A DNA stretch of 64,000 nt from Psammoneis japonica. Lineage: Eukaryota. Every line of letters begins with the position of its first letter. Positions within the stretch are counted from its first letter, which is position 1. The DNA lies in contig QPGO01000042.1 of assembly GCA_008632985.1 (NCBI GenBank), positions 434,001 through 498,000 on the forward strand. The letters are read 5' to 3'. Below, piece after piece: positions 61,877 to 64,000 of the stretch. The notes under the pieces were generated by a model, which saw only the letters and a list, made by a program, of their open reading frames with translations, ran no database searches and was not told the origin of the DNA. Made by a program: the position numbers and the translations under genes.

Positions 61877-63538
61877 ATGGATCGTAAACACAAAGATGAT
61901 ACAGGAAATGACGTGTGCGAGAGTGGCAACTTCGAATTTTCCGACCAAGACGTTCAAGATTCATGCAGGGACGACGAGGAAGAAGCGCCGGAATCAAAGG
62001 AGAAAAGCAACGGATGCTGCAAGGGAACCTTTGCTTACGAGGGAAACAAAGACGCATTAGGATTGGCTATCGACGCCGTTCCCGACGGTGTCGTCAACGT
62101 CGGAGCTGCGGTCTTTTTGAGCAGCGCTCTTTTACATCTTGCCCGTGAAGCGGCAGGTTGTACAAACGAAATTCCAGAAGGCCAAGACGATGTGCCCGAA
62201 TGCAATGGAAGGGTTTACGGCATTCGTCCTTCTTCCTTACTTACCATCTATGTTACTGTCATTGGATTCATTGCGTCTTTCTTGATGCCCTTGATAGGTT
62301 CTGTCATGGATCACACGAATCGTCGTAGGCTCGTTGGAAGAGTTTCCGTGGGCTTTATGACTTTGATAACTCTATTTCAGTGTTTTGTGGGAGAAAAGAC
62401 GTGGTTCCCGATCGCAATTCTTCAGGTTGTCTTTGCCTTCTTTACGTTTGTTCACATGTGTGTGACTTACGCTTACCTTCCAGAAATCACAGACGACAAA
62501 GACAAGCTCATGAACTACACTTCAGGATTTAATATCATTAACAATGCAGCCATGGTTCTTTTCATCCTTGGGATTATTGCTGTTGCAACTTCTACTGGAA
62601 TTTCCAATGACCCAGTCAAGACAGCTAGGGTTTCTCAATCTACAGCCTTTTTTCTTTGCCTGGTATGCTGGGGCTATTCATGGAGTCGCCTCATTTCCGC
62701 AAGGCGAGCCTCACAGGAACTCGAACCAGGAGAATCTGCTTTATTCAAGGGCTTCAAACATGTTGTTCAGACTTCTAAGCTTATTGCAAGAAGCAAGGAC
62801 ATGGTTGCAATAAAATGGTTCTTAGTTTCACACTCCTTCTCGAATGCCGCGGCACTAGCTTTGGCTGCCACGTCCATTACATACCTTACCGAGGAGATGC
62901 AGTTTGAGTCGACCGAGGTTGGAATCGCTGTATTGATCATGTTCACGTCGGCAATCCCTGGTAGCAAGCTGGCGGTAGTGCTCTCCCGAAAACTGAATCC
63001 CGTTAGAAGCCTTCTCGCTTGTTTGAGTGTTTGGGTCGCAAACACTTGCATCATGGCTGGGGTACTATCAGGTCCTGGACAGCAGGTCCCTGCGTACGTT
63101 TTCTCTTCCATCTGGGGGGTTGCAGCAGGCTGGAAATTTCCAACCGAGAAAGTACTTTACTGCGCAATTATTCCAAATGGCCAGGACGCCGAGCTTATGG
63201 GAATTCATGTGTTTGCAGCTCAGGCACTTACCTGGCTTCCTCCGTTGATTGTCACGGCAATGAATGAAGCAGGAGTCAGTCTTAGGATTGGCTTGTTTTC
63301 TTTGTCGGCGTACTTCTTGTTGAGCATTGGCTTTGTGTTGCTAATGGGCAACTACAAAGCCGCTGTTGCTGCCGGTAAGGAACAGAGAGCTCATCGTTCT
63401 CGCGCTGAAACTGCCATATCTCAAGAGAGCAAGTTAGACTCAGATCATTACATACGAGGCAGTGTCTACATTGAGTCTTCTCCAGAGGAGAATGACGATG
63501 ATTCAGTTGCAGAATTGTCGAGTGATGAAAACGCTTAG
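61877..63538 (+). CDS. MFS transporter, ATG22/UMF1-like
   Basis: About 12 hydrophobic segments; FLMPLIGSVMDHTNRRR, YAYLPEI, IIPNGQDAELMG. Confidence 0.85.
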   Translation: MDRKHKDDTGNDVCESGNFEFSDQDVQDSCRDDEEEAPESKEKSNGCCKGTFAYEGNKDALGLAIDAVPDGVVNVGAAVFLSSALLHLAREAAGCTNEIPEGQDDVPECNGRVYGIRPSSLLTIYVTVIGFIASFLMPLIGSVMDHTNRRRLVGRVSVGFMTLITLFQCFVGEKTWFPIAILQVVFAFFTFVHMCVTYAYLPEITDDKDKLMNYTSGFNIINNAAMVLFILGIIAVATSTGISNDPVKTARVSQSTAFFLCLVCWGYSWSRLISARRASQELEPGESALFKGFKHVVQTSKLIARSKDMVAIKWFLVSHSFSNAAALALAATSITYLTEEMQFESTEVGIAVLIMFTSAIPGSKLAVVLSRKLNPVRSLLACLSVWVANTCIMAGVLSGPGQQVPAYVFSSIWGVAAGWKFPTEKVLYCAIIPNGQDAELMGIHVFAAQALTWLPPLIVTAMNEAGVSLRIGLFSLSAYFLLSIGFVLLMGNYKAAVAAGKEQRAHRSRAETAISQESKLDSDHYIRGSVYIESSPEENDDDSVAELSSDENA

Positions 63539-64000
63539 AGTGTGTTTGCCACTTCTCGACGTATCACGGGTCACATGCTCCCGAGCGTTGCACACTCAAG
63601 TTCGTTTATTAAGAAATAACTAAGTGCGGTTTAACTCATGCACTTTTCCATCTGACGCGTCTTGGAATGAATCTCTTTCATTCCTTCCATCTGAAATGGA
63701 TTGTGGGCGCAACTTTGTGTCGACTTTCTCTGACCAGAGAGCCTAAAAACGCGTATGTACACATTACATACTAGTAGTCTTCCCACAGACTGTTTCCACA
63801 TGCCATATCCATTTTGACGAAATGGTCTATTTGAATTGCTCGACAAGAAACTTATCGCTAAGAAGCTTATCGTATGGCCGCAACTTTCCCCGACAACTTT
63901 CTGCTTATCCCCATGATGACAGAACTTCAAACTGCTTCAATAGTCCACCAAAGAATTTTCCTATGCTGCAACACCACCTCCTGACTGATCAGTGACTGTT

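Overview
Eukaryotic DNA, most likely a pennate diatom (short GT-AG introns, a CoDi-like Ty1/copia element, an ASAFAP-type plastid presequence). Gene islands (TTC27, EXO84, a two-domain AAA ATPase, MMS19, a class I HDAC, an S1 protein, a Nup88-like protein, an ATG22-like MFS transporter and several hypotheticals) alternate with repeat blocks (about 1-6.6, 11.2-25.5, 34.2-42.9 and 58.7-61.5 kb). The main signal is a repeat-targeted A:T>G:C hypermutation centred on TpA (TA>TG/CA), the reverse of fungal RIP. Repeats have lost nearly all TA dinucleotides. Conserved Tyr codons of the copia polyprotein and of two Ran pseudogenes read Cys/His/Arg, and LTR pairs differ mainly at TA sites. Neighbouring genes are untouched and are separated by TAG/CTA-rich islands. 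A second system is a 716-bp TRIM whose LTRs carry a tRNA-like Pol III cassette. It is joined tail-to-tail to the copia element inside a single 5-bp TSD and is largely spared from the mutation. All counts were made by eye and no database searches were run.
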